From Squalus acanthias (taxonomy: Eukaryota), in contig CM059432.1 in NCBI GenBank assembly GCA_030390025.1, positions 49,478,001-49,542,000 on the forward strand: DNA of 64,000 bases, given 5' to 3'. Numbering within the stretch: position 1 is the first letter of the stretch; each line of letters starts with the position of its first letter. Positions 14,698-26,475 of the stretch are shown one piece after another. Under the pieces are notes generated by a model that saw only the letters and a program-made list of their open reading frames with translations, was not told the origin of the DNA and ran no database searches. The position numbers and the translations under genes are program-made.

Positions 14698-14868
14698 CAA
14701 TGTTCCTGCTAAGCTGCGCGGCAGCACAGCCGCTCCGCAGTCTGAAGGCCCTGCACAGGCTGCTTGCCGGCTTTACAATGGAAAACTGCGCATGCACGGA
14801 AATTTGAATGGGCTGCACAGCCCGTTAAAGGGGCTGTGTACCTAAAAAATAAATTCGAGAGAACATTG
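14698..14868. mobile_element. hAT-type MITE (171 bp)
   Basis: TIR caatgttc...gaacattg with 8-bp TSD gtggtcag/gtggtcaa. It interrupts a CR1 RT sequence. Confidence 0.85.
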
Positions 14869-15627
14869 GTGGTCAAGTACAAAAAATAATCAAAAAGACT
14901 AATGGAATGTTAGCCTTTATATCTAGAGGGCTTAAATATAAAGGGAAGGAAGTTTTGCTACAGCTATACAAAGCCCTGGTTAGACCACATCTGGAATGCC
15001 ATGTACAGTTCTGGGCACCATACCTTAGAAAGGATATATTGGCCTTGGAAGAAGTGCAGCGCAGATTCACTAGAACGTTACCAAGGCTCCAAGGGTTGAG
15101 GAGAGATTACATAAACTAAGCTTGTATTCCCTGGAATATAGAAGGTTAAGGGATGATTTGATTGAGGTTTTTAGGATTTTGAAAGCAATTGATAGAGTAG
15201 ATAGAGAGAAACTTTTTCCACTGGTGGGGAGTCTAGGACAAGGGGACATAACCTTAAAATCAGAGCCATGCCATTCAAGAGAGAAGTTGGGAAACATTTC
15301 TTCACATAAAGGGTGGTAGAAGTGTGGACCTCTCTCCCATAAAAAGCAGTAGATGCTAGCTCAATTAATAATTTTAAATCTGAGATTGATAGACTTTGCT
15401 AGCCAAGGGTATTAAGGGATATGGAGCCAAGTTGGGTGGATGGAGTTAGGATACAGATCAGCCATTGAATGGTAGAACAGGCTTGAGGGGTAGAATGGCC
15501 TCCTCTGTTGTTATGTTCCTATGTTCCTCAGGCTCCTCAACCTTGTCCTCCAGCTGCTTATGATGAGAGCTCCTGCTGCATTTGGTCCATGTGAATGCCT
15601 CTTTCAATTACTATGTTATGAACCATG

Positions 15628-16460
15628 GGGGGTAATTTTGCCAATGGGGAGCTTTTGGAGGCAGGACTCCCACTTGTCGGGTTTCAGTCCTGCCTCCAAC
15701 AATTTCTGGCCAACCCACATTATTTTCCCTTGATTGACCTTGTTAAGCCCGCTCAACGGGCTTAGCAGGCCAATTAAGGGAAAGCCAGTTGCAGAGAATG
15801 TCAACGTATGACATTTCATCTGTCAAAAATTTTTAACAGATGAATTGTCATCGTTTGACAGCTCTGTGAAGCTGTCAAACACTGACATTCTCTGTAATTT
15901 GATGAGGTCTTGAATTCAAGACCTCATCAAACATCTTTCTTTTGCAGAAATGAGATGGTTGTTGCATCTGAGAATGCATCGGCCATCTGTCATCTCCAAC
16001 GCGGAGGTGCGAGACTCTCCGCATACCCACCGACTGAAGCCTGCAGGAAGAAACAAAGGTAAGTACACTTTTAATAACACTTTGCACTTACCTCAGATAC
16101 TCACCTCTCCATACTTGCACCCATGACTTACCTTCACAGCACACTTTTGCACTCCCCGACCCCCACAGACCCAGTACTCGCCTCGCTGACCTGGCGGGTT
16201 TCGGAGCCTTCGGGAAGTCCGCACTTGTGAGGGCAAAAAAGGGGTAATCCTATTCTCTGCCTGTTAACTACCTGTTAACAGGCAGTTAATAGGCTTTAAT
16301 CCCTTCCTGCCTCCAAAGAGACGAGACCCGGCGTGGGACGGCTACCCGCCTCCTGGCAAGATGGCATGGAGGTGGGTTGGGCACCCGTCCCCAAATTCTG
16401 CCATTTTCCCGGCAGTCCCGCCTCCATACCCGCCTCCCCAGGGCTGGCAAGATCGTGCCC
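15628..16460 (+). mobile_element. Non-autonomous Harbinger element
   Basis: 15-bp imperfect TIR gggggtaattttgcc / ggcaagatcgtgccc with TSD ATG. Colinear with 19236-20080. Confidence 0.8.
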
Positions 16461-16733
16461 ATGGATTAGAACACAATGAACTTGGAGACTTGTGCTGGGT
16501 TGTTTTGTGGGATGCCCTCTGACCTGTCTAGACGTTAGATGTGTGACTTTATCATGCCTATGCCTCTATAATGCATCTGATGGAGATGTCCACCTCTGTG
16601 TATCTGTGCAGGATGGCACATGGATTCAAAACAGCAGCAGGAATCCTTGACCACCCAGAATCCAACCCTTCACCAACTGGCATAAAATGAAAGAATTATG
16701 AGTGTGGCCTGAGAATTGGGCATTGACCTACAG

Positions 16734-17290
16734 AGGGGAATTTTAACCCCAAAAAGCAGGTTGGTTGTAGCCAGGTGGGAAGTTAAAGTGTTAAAAATCG
16801 GAATCCCGACCCCAACCCACCTCCAACCCGCCCACTTCCGGTTTTAACAGAGGCGGGACGGGGGCGCAGGCAGCCAACCCGCTCCCAGGAGACAGGTCGC
16901 CCTTTTAAATATTATAATGAGGCGGCCGTGCCTCAGATTTAACCACCATTTTAAAGTTAACAGTGGCTGTTTGGGTTTTACAGGCCTCGTGAAACCTGAC
17001 AGCTAATGGAAGGCGAGGATTACTGGATCCAGGAGGTAAGTGCTTTTACACTTGCCTCCTGGATCCAGTGTCCATGCCTCACCCACTCACCGCGATTGGA
17101 GACCCCCCCACAAGGCCTCCAATCCCCGCTCCCCAGGCCTCCGATTTCCCCCCACCACCCCGGCCTCCAATCGCCTTCCCCCCACCGCCCCCACCAATGA
17201 TCCTCAGGCCGCCCCCGATGTTTTTTGCCTCACCCACATGCTCCTCCGACCCCCCAGTGTTTTCTGCCTCCCCCCCCCACCGGGACACTT
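16734..17290. mobile_element. Harbinger-like MITE remnant (right boundary uncertain)
   Basis: Starts ggggaattttaaccc, followed by GC-rich subterminal cccgcc motifs like the other Harbinger MITEs here. Confidence 0.5.
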
Positions 17291-17513
17291 CTCTGTTGGG
17301 CTATATGGGTGTCATCAGCGATACCCTGAACTTTTCTGGAATCCTGCATCATGATAGAAACCTAGAACTCAGTCCTGCTGCTCCCTGCTGTTCATGGAAA
17401 ATGTAATGTAGCTGTTCGCTCTGTTAAGCAATGCAATCGTCACCTGTTTATGCTGCAATGCTCTTTTGACTGACTGAAGATGCTGATATCCCCAATGGCT
17501 CTGGAAAGATTCG

Positions 17514-18168
17514 GCCTAGAAATTGAATTGCGCCCGAATCGGGGCGTGATCCTGACACGCCTAACGAGGCTGACAGCGGGGCCATGGCAAATTGGTACGC
17601 TGGCCTCAAAAGGATAGTACCAGTGAGCTGCAGGCATCATTTGCTGCCCCAGAGGCAGTTTGCCAGTTACAGGGGCAAGGGGGTGGGGGTGGGGGGGGGT
17701 GGTGGTGGGGTGTTGCGGGGGTGGAGGGGTGGGCAGCGGGAGGTGCAGCAATATTGAACAGCTCAGATGTCAGCTTAGGAGAGTTTGGGGCAGGGGAAGG
17801 CAATTGGGACAAGGGTGAGCGGTGGCCGGCAGTGGCCTGTGGTTTTAATGTGGAGCCGGGAGGAGCATTCCTGCATCTCCTGGCTCTACCTACCTTTCGA
17901 GTGGCAGCCTCCAGCGATCCCTTTAAGGACCATTGATTTGGCTGCTGAGTGCCTGAAGAAACTGACTGCAGCATGCATGGTGCATGCTGTGGTTATTTGG
18001 CAAAGGGGCCTGAAACAGGCGTTAGGCACCCGATTTGCATATGCAATGGATCTAATTGCCAGTTTCATGACATTCCAAACTCCTTTACAACCAATCTATC
18101 TATTTATAAGATATATTTATTTCATTCATTATAATTTGAGAACCGTAAAAAAATTAAATTTCAGGCAC
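17514..18168. mobile_element. Harbinger-like MITE remnant
   Basis: Ends ggcctagaaattg...aaatttcaggc. Shares cctgaaacaggcgtt with 60860-61360. Confidence 0.5.
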
Positions 18169-19235
18169 AGGCCTTTGAAAATAATTCTGGCGCCCCACTT
18201 TAATTCTCTAGTCTGAGTCCTCAAGAACAAAATATTACGGATGATATTTCAAATGCGCTCTCCAAGTGTGTAGCCTTGCCCACTGGAAGCACATATCAGG
18301 GAATTATAGGCATGTTATCTGTGATCGGCCCTGTTGAATCATGATTTTAATCTCAGGGAGTCTCATTCTACTTTGCTCCAGTATCAGGTTGTGCTCCGAT
18401 TCCCAATTTAGGCTCCAATTACACTATGACTGTAATGCGAACCACTTCACATTAGCACTACGGTTGTAATGTAAGTGCATCCTTAAAGAACAAATGAAAG
18501 CGTTCTTTATCAACAGGTTGTTTCCTAGTCCATACTCAAGACTCCCATCTACACTTAAACTCTGACATACAACCATTACAGAAAGATGGTACTTATTTGC
18601 ACAGGAGTTTAAAGACAGTTTTCACAGTGCAGATAACTGTAGTTCTGTGAAAATTTAGTTGAGGATGTGAAGAATGGATGCACATCTTATGCAGCAGAGA
18701 TAATGTTCTTATGAGACAAGCTAACCTTGCATTATTCTTGTAAACTCAGAGGGCAAATTTAATTACAGCAATGAGCAACAGTCAGTTATGGTGCATAAGT
18801 GCATAATTATCACCATAATTATCATAATTACAACAGTAATAAAGTAATTACGCTTCATAATACTTTTATTTCTATTACAAAGCAATAGTGTATAACTATT
18901 ATATATAATATATGAATTATATCTCTGGGTATCATAATCTGTGAGGTGTACTTAATCAAAGCACTCTGCAAAACTTTCCAATCAGGAGGGAAAATGTGAA
19001 TGTTACCTGAATGCAAAGCATTCTTACTCGATTTACGGCAATGTCAATGCATATAGCACTTTATTTCACTCTATCATTTTGTTCTTTGAGATTCATCCCA
19101 TCAAGAACCAATAGATTCAAGAGAGACTAATACAAAAGCAAAATACTGCGGATGCTGGAAATCTGAAATAAAAACAGAAAATGCTGGAAATACTCAGCAG
19201 GTCAGGCAGCATCTGTGGAGAGAGAAACAGAGTTA

Positions 19236-20080
19236 GGGCTGGATTTTGTCAATGGGGATGTGATGGAGGCGGGACTCCCACTTTTTGGGTTGTAGTCCCG
19301 CCTCCATCGACTTGTGGCCAACCCACTTGATTTTCCCTTGATTGACCTTGTTGAGCCCACCCAGCAGGCTCAGCAGGCCAATTAAGGGCCACCTGGCAAC
19401 AGGTGACGTCACAGATTGACATTTCATCTGTCAAGAGCTTTTGACAGATGAAATATCCACATTTGACAGCTCCTTGAAGCTGTCAAACACTGACAATCTG
19501 TCCTCTAAGTTAATTCCTTCCTCTCAGGCTGATTTAGAGATCTCTGCAGAACAAAAAGCAGAGGCTGCAGCTTTTGACAGCTCACCGGCCATTCTGCTTT
19601 CTGTGCCGGTGAGATTTCTGACTCCCGAGACCTGAAGGGCTGACACCTGCAGGAGGAAGTTAAGGTAAGTAACACTTTTTTCCACACTTTACACTTACCT
19701 TACACACTTACCTCTGCACACATGCACCCATCACTCACCTGCCCACCGGACATATCGACCCCTCCAACCCCTGCAGACCCACGGTCCACCTCGCTAAAAC
19801 GGCGTGGTTCGGACCTGTCGGGAAGCCCACACTTCAGGGCTAAAAATAGGGACCGTGAAAAAAATTGCCTGTTAACTACCTGTTAACAGGCAATTTATTG
19901 GCACTAATCCCCTTCCCACCTTGGGGAGGTGGGTCCCAGCACAGGTTGGGTACCCGCCTCCTGTGAAACTGGCATGGAGGCGGGTTGGGGGCAGGATGGG
20001 TTTGGGACCCCCGAATCTGCAATTTTAACCCCCCACACGCCTCCAAACCCTGCCTCCACGGGTCAATGAAAATTCTGCCC
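19236..20080 (+). mobile_element. Non-autonomous Harbinger element inserted in the Penelope pseudo-LTR
   Basis: TIR gggctggatttt / aaaattctgccc with TSD TTA. The flanks rejoin to ...gaaacagagttaatgtttcagg. Confidence 0.88.
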
Positions 20081-20116
20081 TTAATGTTTCAGGTCAATGA
20101 CCCTTCGTCAGAACTG
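20081..20116 (-). ncRNA. Minimal hammerhead ribozyme core in the Penelope pseudo-LTR (disrupted)
   Basis: Minus strand reads CAGUU-CUGACGA-AGGGUCAUUGACCU-GAAAC-AUU-AA; the 3' arm continues at 19232 (CUCUG). Confidence 0.75.
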
Positions 20117-20216
20117 GAAAAAGCTGGAGATCGAATAGGTTTTTAAGCAAATGCAGGGGCAGGGAAAGAGGGGAGGGGAGGAAAGAACAAAAGGGAAGGT
20201 CTGTGATAGGATGGAA

Positions 20217-20411
20217 GGCAGGAGAGATTAAGAAACATTAAGAGATGGTGCAAGGCAAAAGGAGATGGTAATGGTACAAGTTAAGAAACAAAAGATGGCT
20301 CTAGATGTGAGGCAGGAGAGATTAAGAGACATTAAGAGACATTAAGAGATGGTGCAAGGCAAAAGGAGATGGTAATGGGACAAGTTAAGAAACAAAAGAT
20401 GGCTCTAGATG
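20217..20411. repeat. ~95-bp tandem duplication in the Penelope 3' UTR
   Basis: ggcaggagagattaag...gatggctctagatg occurs twice. Confidence 0.85.
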
Positions 20412-22465
20412 AAGTGTAAAAAATATAAAATAAAATGAATGGAAAAAAAAAGAATAGGGGCAGAGGTTATGGTCTGCAATTGTTGAAGTCTATGTTGAGT
20501 CCAGAAGGCTGTAAAGTGCCTAATCGAATGATGAGATGCTGTTCCTCGAGCTTACGTTGAGCTTCATTGGAACAGTGTAAGAGGCCGAGGACGGTGAGGT
20601 CTGAGTAGGAGTGGAGTGGAGAATTAAAGTGACAGGCGACCGGAAGCTCGGGGTCACCCTTAAAGACTGAACGGAGGTGTTCCGCAAAGCGGTCACCCAA
20701 TCTGCGTTTGGTCTCCCCAATGTAGAGGAGACCGCATTGTGAGCAGCGAATACAGTATACTAAATTGCAAGAAGTACAAGTAAATCGCTGTTTCACCTGG
20801 AAGGAGTGTTTGGGGCCTTGGACAGTGGGAAGGGTGGAGGTAAAAGGGCAGGTGTTGCATCTCCTGCACTTGCATGAGAAGGTGCCGGGCGAAGGGGAAG
20901 GGATGTTGGGGGTGATTGAGGAGTGGACCAGGGTGTCACAGAGGGAGCGGTCCCTTCAGAATGCTGAAAGGGGAGGTGAGGGGAAGATGTGTTTGGTGGT
21001 GGGACCACGCTGGAGGTGGCGGAAATGGCGGAGGATGATCCGTTGAATGTGGAGGCTAGTGGGGTGAAAGGTGAGGACAAGGGGAACTCTATCGTGGTTC
21101 CAGGAGGGAGGGGAAGGGGTGAGAGCAGGAGTGCGGGAAATAGAATGGACACGGTCAAGGGCCGTGTCAACCACAGTAGAGGGGAATCCTCGGTTGAGGA
21201 AAAAGGAAGACACGTCGGAAGCACTGGTATGGAAGATGGCATCATCAGAGCAGATGCGGCGGAGACGGAGAAACTGGGAGAATGGAATAGAGTTCTTACA
21301 GGAAGCGGGATGGGAGGAAGTGTAGTCCAGGTAGCTGTGGGAGTCAGTGGGCTTGTAGTGAATGTTTGTCGATAGCCTATCCCCAGAGATGGAGACAGAG
21401 AAGTCGAGGAAGGGAAGGGAAGAGTCGGAGATGAACCATGTGAAGGTGAGGGAAGGGTGGAAATTGGAAGCAAAGTGAATAAAATTTTCTAGTTCAGGGT
21501 GAGAGCAGGAAACAGCACCAATACAGTCAGCAATGTACCGGAAAAAGAGGTGAGGGAGGGGACCTGAGTAGGACTGGAACAAAGAATGTTCCACATATCC
21601 CATGAAAAGGCAGGCATAGCTGGGACCCAGGCGGGTTCCCATAGCAACACCTTTAATTTGGAGGAAGTGAGTGGAGTCAAAGGAGAAGTTGTGCAATATG
21701 AGAACAAGTTCAGCCAGGCAGCGCAGGGTGGTGGTGGATGGGGACTGGTTGGGCCTTTGTTCAAGGAAGAAGCGGAGCGCCCTCAGGCCATCCTGGTGGG
21801 GGATGGAGGTGTAGAGGGATTGGACGTCCATAGTGAAAAGGAGACGGTTGGGGCTAGGAATCTGCAAACTGTTAAAGTGACGGAGAGCGTCGGAAGAGTC
21901 GCGGATGTAGGTGGGAAGAGACTGGACAAGGGGAGAAAAAATAGAGTCGAGATAGGAAGAGATAAGTTCCGTGGGGCAAGAACAGGCTGAAACGATGGGT
22001 CTACCGGGGCAGTCCTGTTTGTGGATCTTGGGAAGGAGGTAGAAGCGGGCTGAGCGGGGTTAGGGAATGATGAGGTTGGCGGCCATGGAGGGAAGATTTC
22101 CAGAGGAGATGAGGTCAGTGACGGTCTTGGAAACGATGTCTTGATGTTCGGTAGTGGGGTCATGGTCCAGACGGAGGTAGGAGGAGGTGTCGGAGAGTTG
22201 GCGTTCAGTCTCCGCTCGGTAGAGGTCGGTTCGCCAAACAACAACAGCACCACCCTTGTCAGCAGGGTTAATGACAATAGGATTCAAGAGAGACCCTTGA
22301 ATTGCTGTCCCTAGCTGGAGCCAAATGTCCTAAAATTGCTTTTATCTTAGTCAATAATGGATCCCTGTATATCAGAGAAACTTACAGAACCACTGAATAC
22401 CCTGAAAAAGCACAATTCAACATAGCCCTCTCTTGTGACACTCTCTAGAAGAAAACAAAAATATT

Positions 22466-23209
22466 GGCCCAAAAATTAGTGCCGCTACGCGAGAGTACGC
22501 ACTGCGTACTCTCGCGTATTCTGTCTCCAATTGCCGGTTTTCTGCATGCACTGCGCATGCGCTGAAAACCGGCACTTGGTGAATGGAAAAGGGGGCGGGT
22601 CCTAGGTGAACCGCGTGCGCGCTACAGGCTGCGCGCACGCTGTGCACTTAGTGGTTTCAACGCGCAGGTAAGTACGGAAGATTCTACACATAAAAAAAGG
22701 AGGAGTAAGACCCACTTTTAACAAGGTAAGAAGTGAATTAAGTATTATTTTGAATTTTTTTTAACAGGTATATCTTTTTTAGAGACTTTAAAGACAGGTA
22801 AGTTTATTTTTATAACTTTTTAAAAGATTTTAAATTTTTTCAAAAATTTAATTTTTTATTTAAAATGGTTAATTTATTTAACTATACTTATTTTATTAAT
22901 GTGATGGGTTTTTTTTAAAATTTAATTGAGGTTTAGCGGTTCTTTTGGGGGGCTATAGTATTCATAACTTTCACAGCACTTATGTGAAAGTTATGAATGG
23001 AAGATGGTGTGCTGCCATTGGCTCTAACTGAGTCACGTGATCCCACAGCTCGCACGAATTAACTACGCTGGTGGGATACGCAAGCCCAGCACAGCAACTG
23101 TCCAGAACATCAAGTTCGTGTGAGCTGGAACTGAAAAAACCAACGCGCAGTGAGAGATCGCGGGGAGGCCTTACCCTTGCACGAAGGCTTCCTCACGAAT
23201 TTTTGGGCC
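22466..23209. mobile_element. Harbinger-type MITE (AT-rich core)
   Basis: Perfect 12-bp TIR ggcccaaaaatt / aatttttgggcc with TSD ATT. Confidence 0.88.
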
Positions 23210-23244
23210 ATTGTATCAGACTGATGGTTACTTCTTCCACACCA

Positions 23245-23450
23245 GACATCATTATGGCTTCTCTGACTGAGATTGCCAATTTAGTGGCAATTTATGACAA
23301 AGTATGGTCAAGTTTGTAAACCCATGGTCATCAGGACCTGTGTTGAATCTGCTCAGATATATTTAATGTACGACTTTTACAGCTGGCAGAGAGAGAAGAC
23401 TCTCATCTCATCACTATGGGATGGATGTTACTCCAGGTAACAGAAGTGAC
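23245..23450 (-). repeat. Old SINE-like repeat (second copy at ~34390-34720)
   Basis: ttatggcttctctgact...gttgaatctgctca is shared with 34530-34625. Confidence 0.5.
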
Positions 23451-24245
23451 ACTAGTCCAAATTGGACCAATCCTTTTTTCCTCCTCATTTCCATCAAGAA
23501 AGATCCTTTGATGGAAAACTGGACTGCCCTGTTTTGGAAAACTATCTTTAAGAAGAATACAGACATGGAAATATACGCTAGCCAGTATAGGTGTTGTAAA
23601 TTTCAGGTATGCACCTCCTTTATTTAATGTTGCACTGCTTATCAAGGATGCCAAACTGAGACTAGATGTAATGCATTATTTAACTACTTCTTTATTCGTA
23701 GGCTCTTACACCTTCAGTAGGCTCTACAAGCCTTCCATCCAACTGAATTATTTTTGAATAAGTGTTGGGTAAGGTAGTATTTGGATGGGATATTCAAGTT
23801 AAAATTCATGTTGTATTTAAACAGTCTTTTACATTGCAAAATGAATAGGATTTCTATTAAAGGCTGAACAGGCAATCTTTTCTCTTAAATGGAATGACAA
23901 ATTATGATCTCACACTCTTTCTCAGTACCCTTGGCCAAAAGTCTTTCCTGTTCTTTGCCATTAGTGGTATTTATCCTTTTCTGATATCCACCAACTTTGT
24001 TGCCTTTTTAGGAATGAAGTCCATATATAAACTGAGAACAAAGCCAATTTAACCTGATGGAACTGTCTACTCCTTTAGGAGATATTTTGTAGCTGGTAGA
24101 GTTTTATTTATTCTTCGTTGGCCATAACCTATGGGGCATCCACAGGGGATTAATTCAGTTGACTTTTGACTTACATTGTTGATATTTTAGAATTTCAGGT
24201 TCTGTTTTAACTTGAATTATGTCTATATTATGTTTAAGTGATGCT

Positions 24246-26475
24246 GGCCGCGATTTCGCCGACCGAGGCAGGTCCAGGGCGGCCTTGGTCGATGTCGTGG
24301 TCCCAGCCCGCTGCCTACTGCAGGCTGCACTATCAAAGTGATTTTACGTTAATAGGGTTTGTTAAGCTCGCCCTGTGAGGTTCCCGGCCAATTAAAAGGA
24401 AGTGGGTCTGATGACGTCATTTGATGTCGCGTCATCAGCTGGTTTCCTTAAAGGGGCCGTGTCCAAATTGATTTTGACAGTTCTGCTGTCAGTGTTCTAC
24501 AGCATTGAGGTGCTGCAAACATTGACAAGCACTGCACAAAGGTGCACGGCTGCACCCAGGCTTTCCCATAACTCCCTCCATATGCTTATGGAGGGAGTCA
24601 CAGCACGCAGGGAGGTTCTCTTCCCTTCCCATGGGTGGAAGAGACCTCCCCAGGAGATCAACGCAGCCTGGTTGCACATTGCACAGGAGGGCAGTCGTCA
24701 GGAGGACCAGGCTGCAGTGATGCAAACCTTTCAATGGTCTCAGTAGATCATGAAATGTTACTGCAAAGCCACACTCAACCTCATCCTGCTGTGCCACTCA
24801 TCACATCACATCACTCTGCCTTCCCTACCCTACTCTTGCACATCGTTACTCACACCAACTTACCTTGCACCTCCACCCATCCCTCTCTATCTACAGTATC
24901 ACTTCCCCATTTCACTCGCCACCCCTCACACTCAACCTCATCCTACTGCAAGCATACCAACTAACAACACACAATGGTAGGCACTTGGGTGATTTGGCCA
25001 ATGTTCATGTGAAGTTTCTGTTAAACATAGAAACATAGAAACTAGGAGCAGGAGTAGGCCATTCGGCCCGTCGAGCCTGCTCCACCATTCAATACGATCA
25101 TGGCTGATCATCCAAATCCAGTACCCTGTCCCTGCCCCCTCACACAGAATCCCCATCGAGCCTGCACCGACACATATCCCACCCTATCCCCGTAACCCCA
25201 TGTATTTAATTCCCCCTAACATATCCCATCCTATCCCTGTAACCCCACATATTTAATCCCCCCCCTAACACTAAGGGTCAATTTATCATAGCCAAATCAC
25301 CTAACCCGCACATTTTTGGACTGTGGGAGGAAACCGGAGCACCCGGAGGAAACCCACGCAGACACGGGGAGAATGTGCAAACTCCACACAGACAGTCACC
25401 CGAGGCCAGATTCGAACCCGGGTCTCTGGCGCTGTGAGGCACCAGTGCTAACCACTATGCCACCGTGTTGCCCATAATGTGGTGTCAAACATTGAAACCT
25501 TTATTTTCAGCACTTTGCGTTCTTGGATAGATTTGTGTGCACCGTTGGAAGTGGCTTAGTGAGTTGCAGTGAATGGTGAGACATAATGGTGCCTCCTGCA
25601 ATAGTGATGAGTGTGAAAGGAATGGCTTGGGCATCGTAGGGATGCTTTATGGTGATGGTGTGGGGCGGTGCCAACCTGGCACATCATGTGACATCCAGGG
25701 TGTACAGCATCAAGTGAAGTAAATCTGGCCATGGTGAGGCCATCCCTGTCGTCCCGGGCAGCAATGTGGTTGGGTGCTGATGCCCTGTGTCCTGCGCAGC
25801 ATCAATTGATTGAGGAGAAGGTTGGTGTTGTTGTTGTTGCTGCTGGTGTGCCCGGTGATGCTGGTGTTGGGGCAGATCTTGGTGGGATTCTTAGGACCAA
25901 GGTGAGATATTTTCAAGGGCAACGATGCTGATGGAATAAATGGCAGGTGAGGTTGAGATGACAGAAGTGATCTGTCAATGGTGAGAGAGGTTGTTTCAAT
26001 GAGGTGGCACTGGATAGAGAATTGGCTCCAAACACTTGCAACCTGCATAAAGCTCAATCTGTCTTCCAAATGCAGTAACCAACAATTTCTGAGCTTTGAA
26101 AGTGAACAGCTGTAACATGGGATCTTTTATACAACTTTGGCAGCTGTCAGGTCATGAGATAATTCAATGCTGAATCCATTCACGACATGCTGAGCTGACA
26201 TGTTCCCTGAACAGCGGGTAACCTGTGGGGAGCACGTAAAATTGAAATGTAGGCAAAGAATAACACTTAATTGGATGTTAACAATCCATTTAATGATGTC
26301 AATTACCTTCCCCGCCGCTTGGTGTCGGGTCTGCTCAGTGCTGACAGATCCGACAGCTGGGAGACTCGCGTGAAAGCAGGTTGACAGTGGGTTCCCTCCT
26401 TGCTGTCAATCTTTTCTATTTTGATAGTGGACCCGCCTCTGAATTCACCCTCTGAGCATTGGCAAAATTCAGCCC
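24246..26475 (+). mobile_element. Non-autonomous Harbinger with Myb/SANT-gene remnant; contains a SINE
   Basis: TIR ggccgcgatttcgcc / ggcaaaattcagccc. Remnant APRLSHNSLHMLMEGVTARREVLFP. Colinear with three other copies in the window. Confidence 0.85.
25024..25473 (-). mobile_element. tRNA-derived V-SINE (HE1-like) with CR1 3' tail
   Basis: Minus strand has A box gtggcatagtgg, B box gggttcgaatc, V-domain gtctgtgtggagtttgcacattctccccgtgtctgcgtgggtttcctccgggtgctccggtttcctccca, and a CR1 tail ending ttctatgtttctatg. Confidence 0.92.

Larger units (their letters stand above)
13125..15528 (+). mobile_element. Rearranged CR1 fragments (+ 13125-13560, - 13565-14515, + 14510-15528) with two nested MITEs
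   Basis: [16 protein letters not shown] and QHGFVKGRSCLTNL on +; an antisense RT segment; LVRPHLECHVQFWAPY and tail ttatgttcctatgttcc on +. Confidence 0.85.
19132..22280 (-). mobile_element. Penelope-like retroelement (RT + GIY-YIG), 5'-truncated and frameshifted
   Basis: RT motifs FTMDVQSLYTSIPH, GVAMGTRLGPSYA and RYIAD (degenerate YIDD). GIY-YIG motif NLVYCIRCSQCGLLYIGET. The 3' pseudo-LTR (19132-20120) is interrupted by a MITE. Confidence 0.93.

Noticed and set aside
17006..18216. Pro/Gly-rich ORFs in the ORF track
   Set aside because: They are by-products of poly-C/G tracts in MITEs, with no domain signature.
20217..20411. CRISPR-like or satellite array
   Set aside because: It is a simple two-unit duplication with no spacers, in a eukaryotic context.
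25400..25473. Functional tRNA gene
   Set aside because: It is the tRNA-derived head of a SINE, continuing into the V-domain with no terminator.
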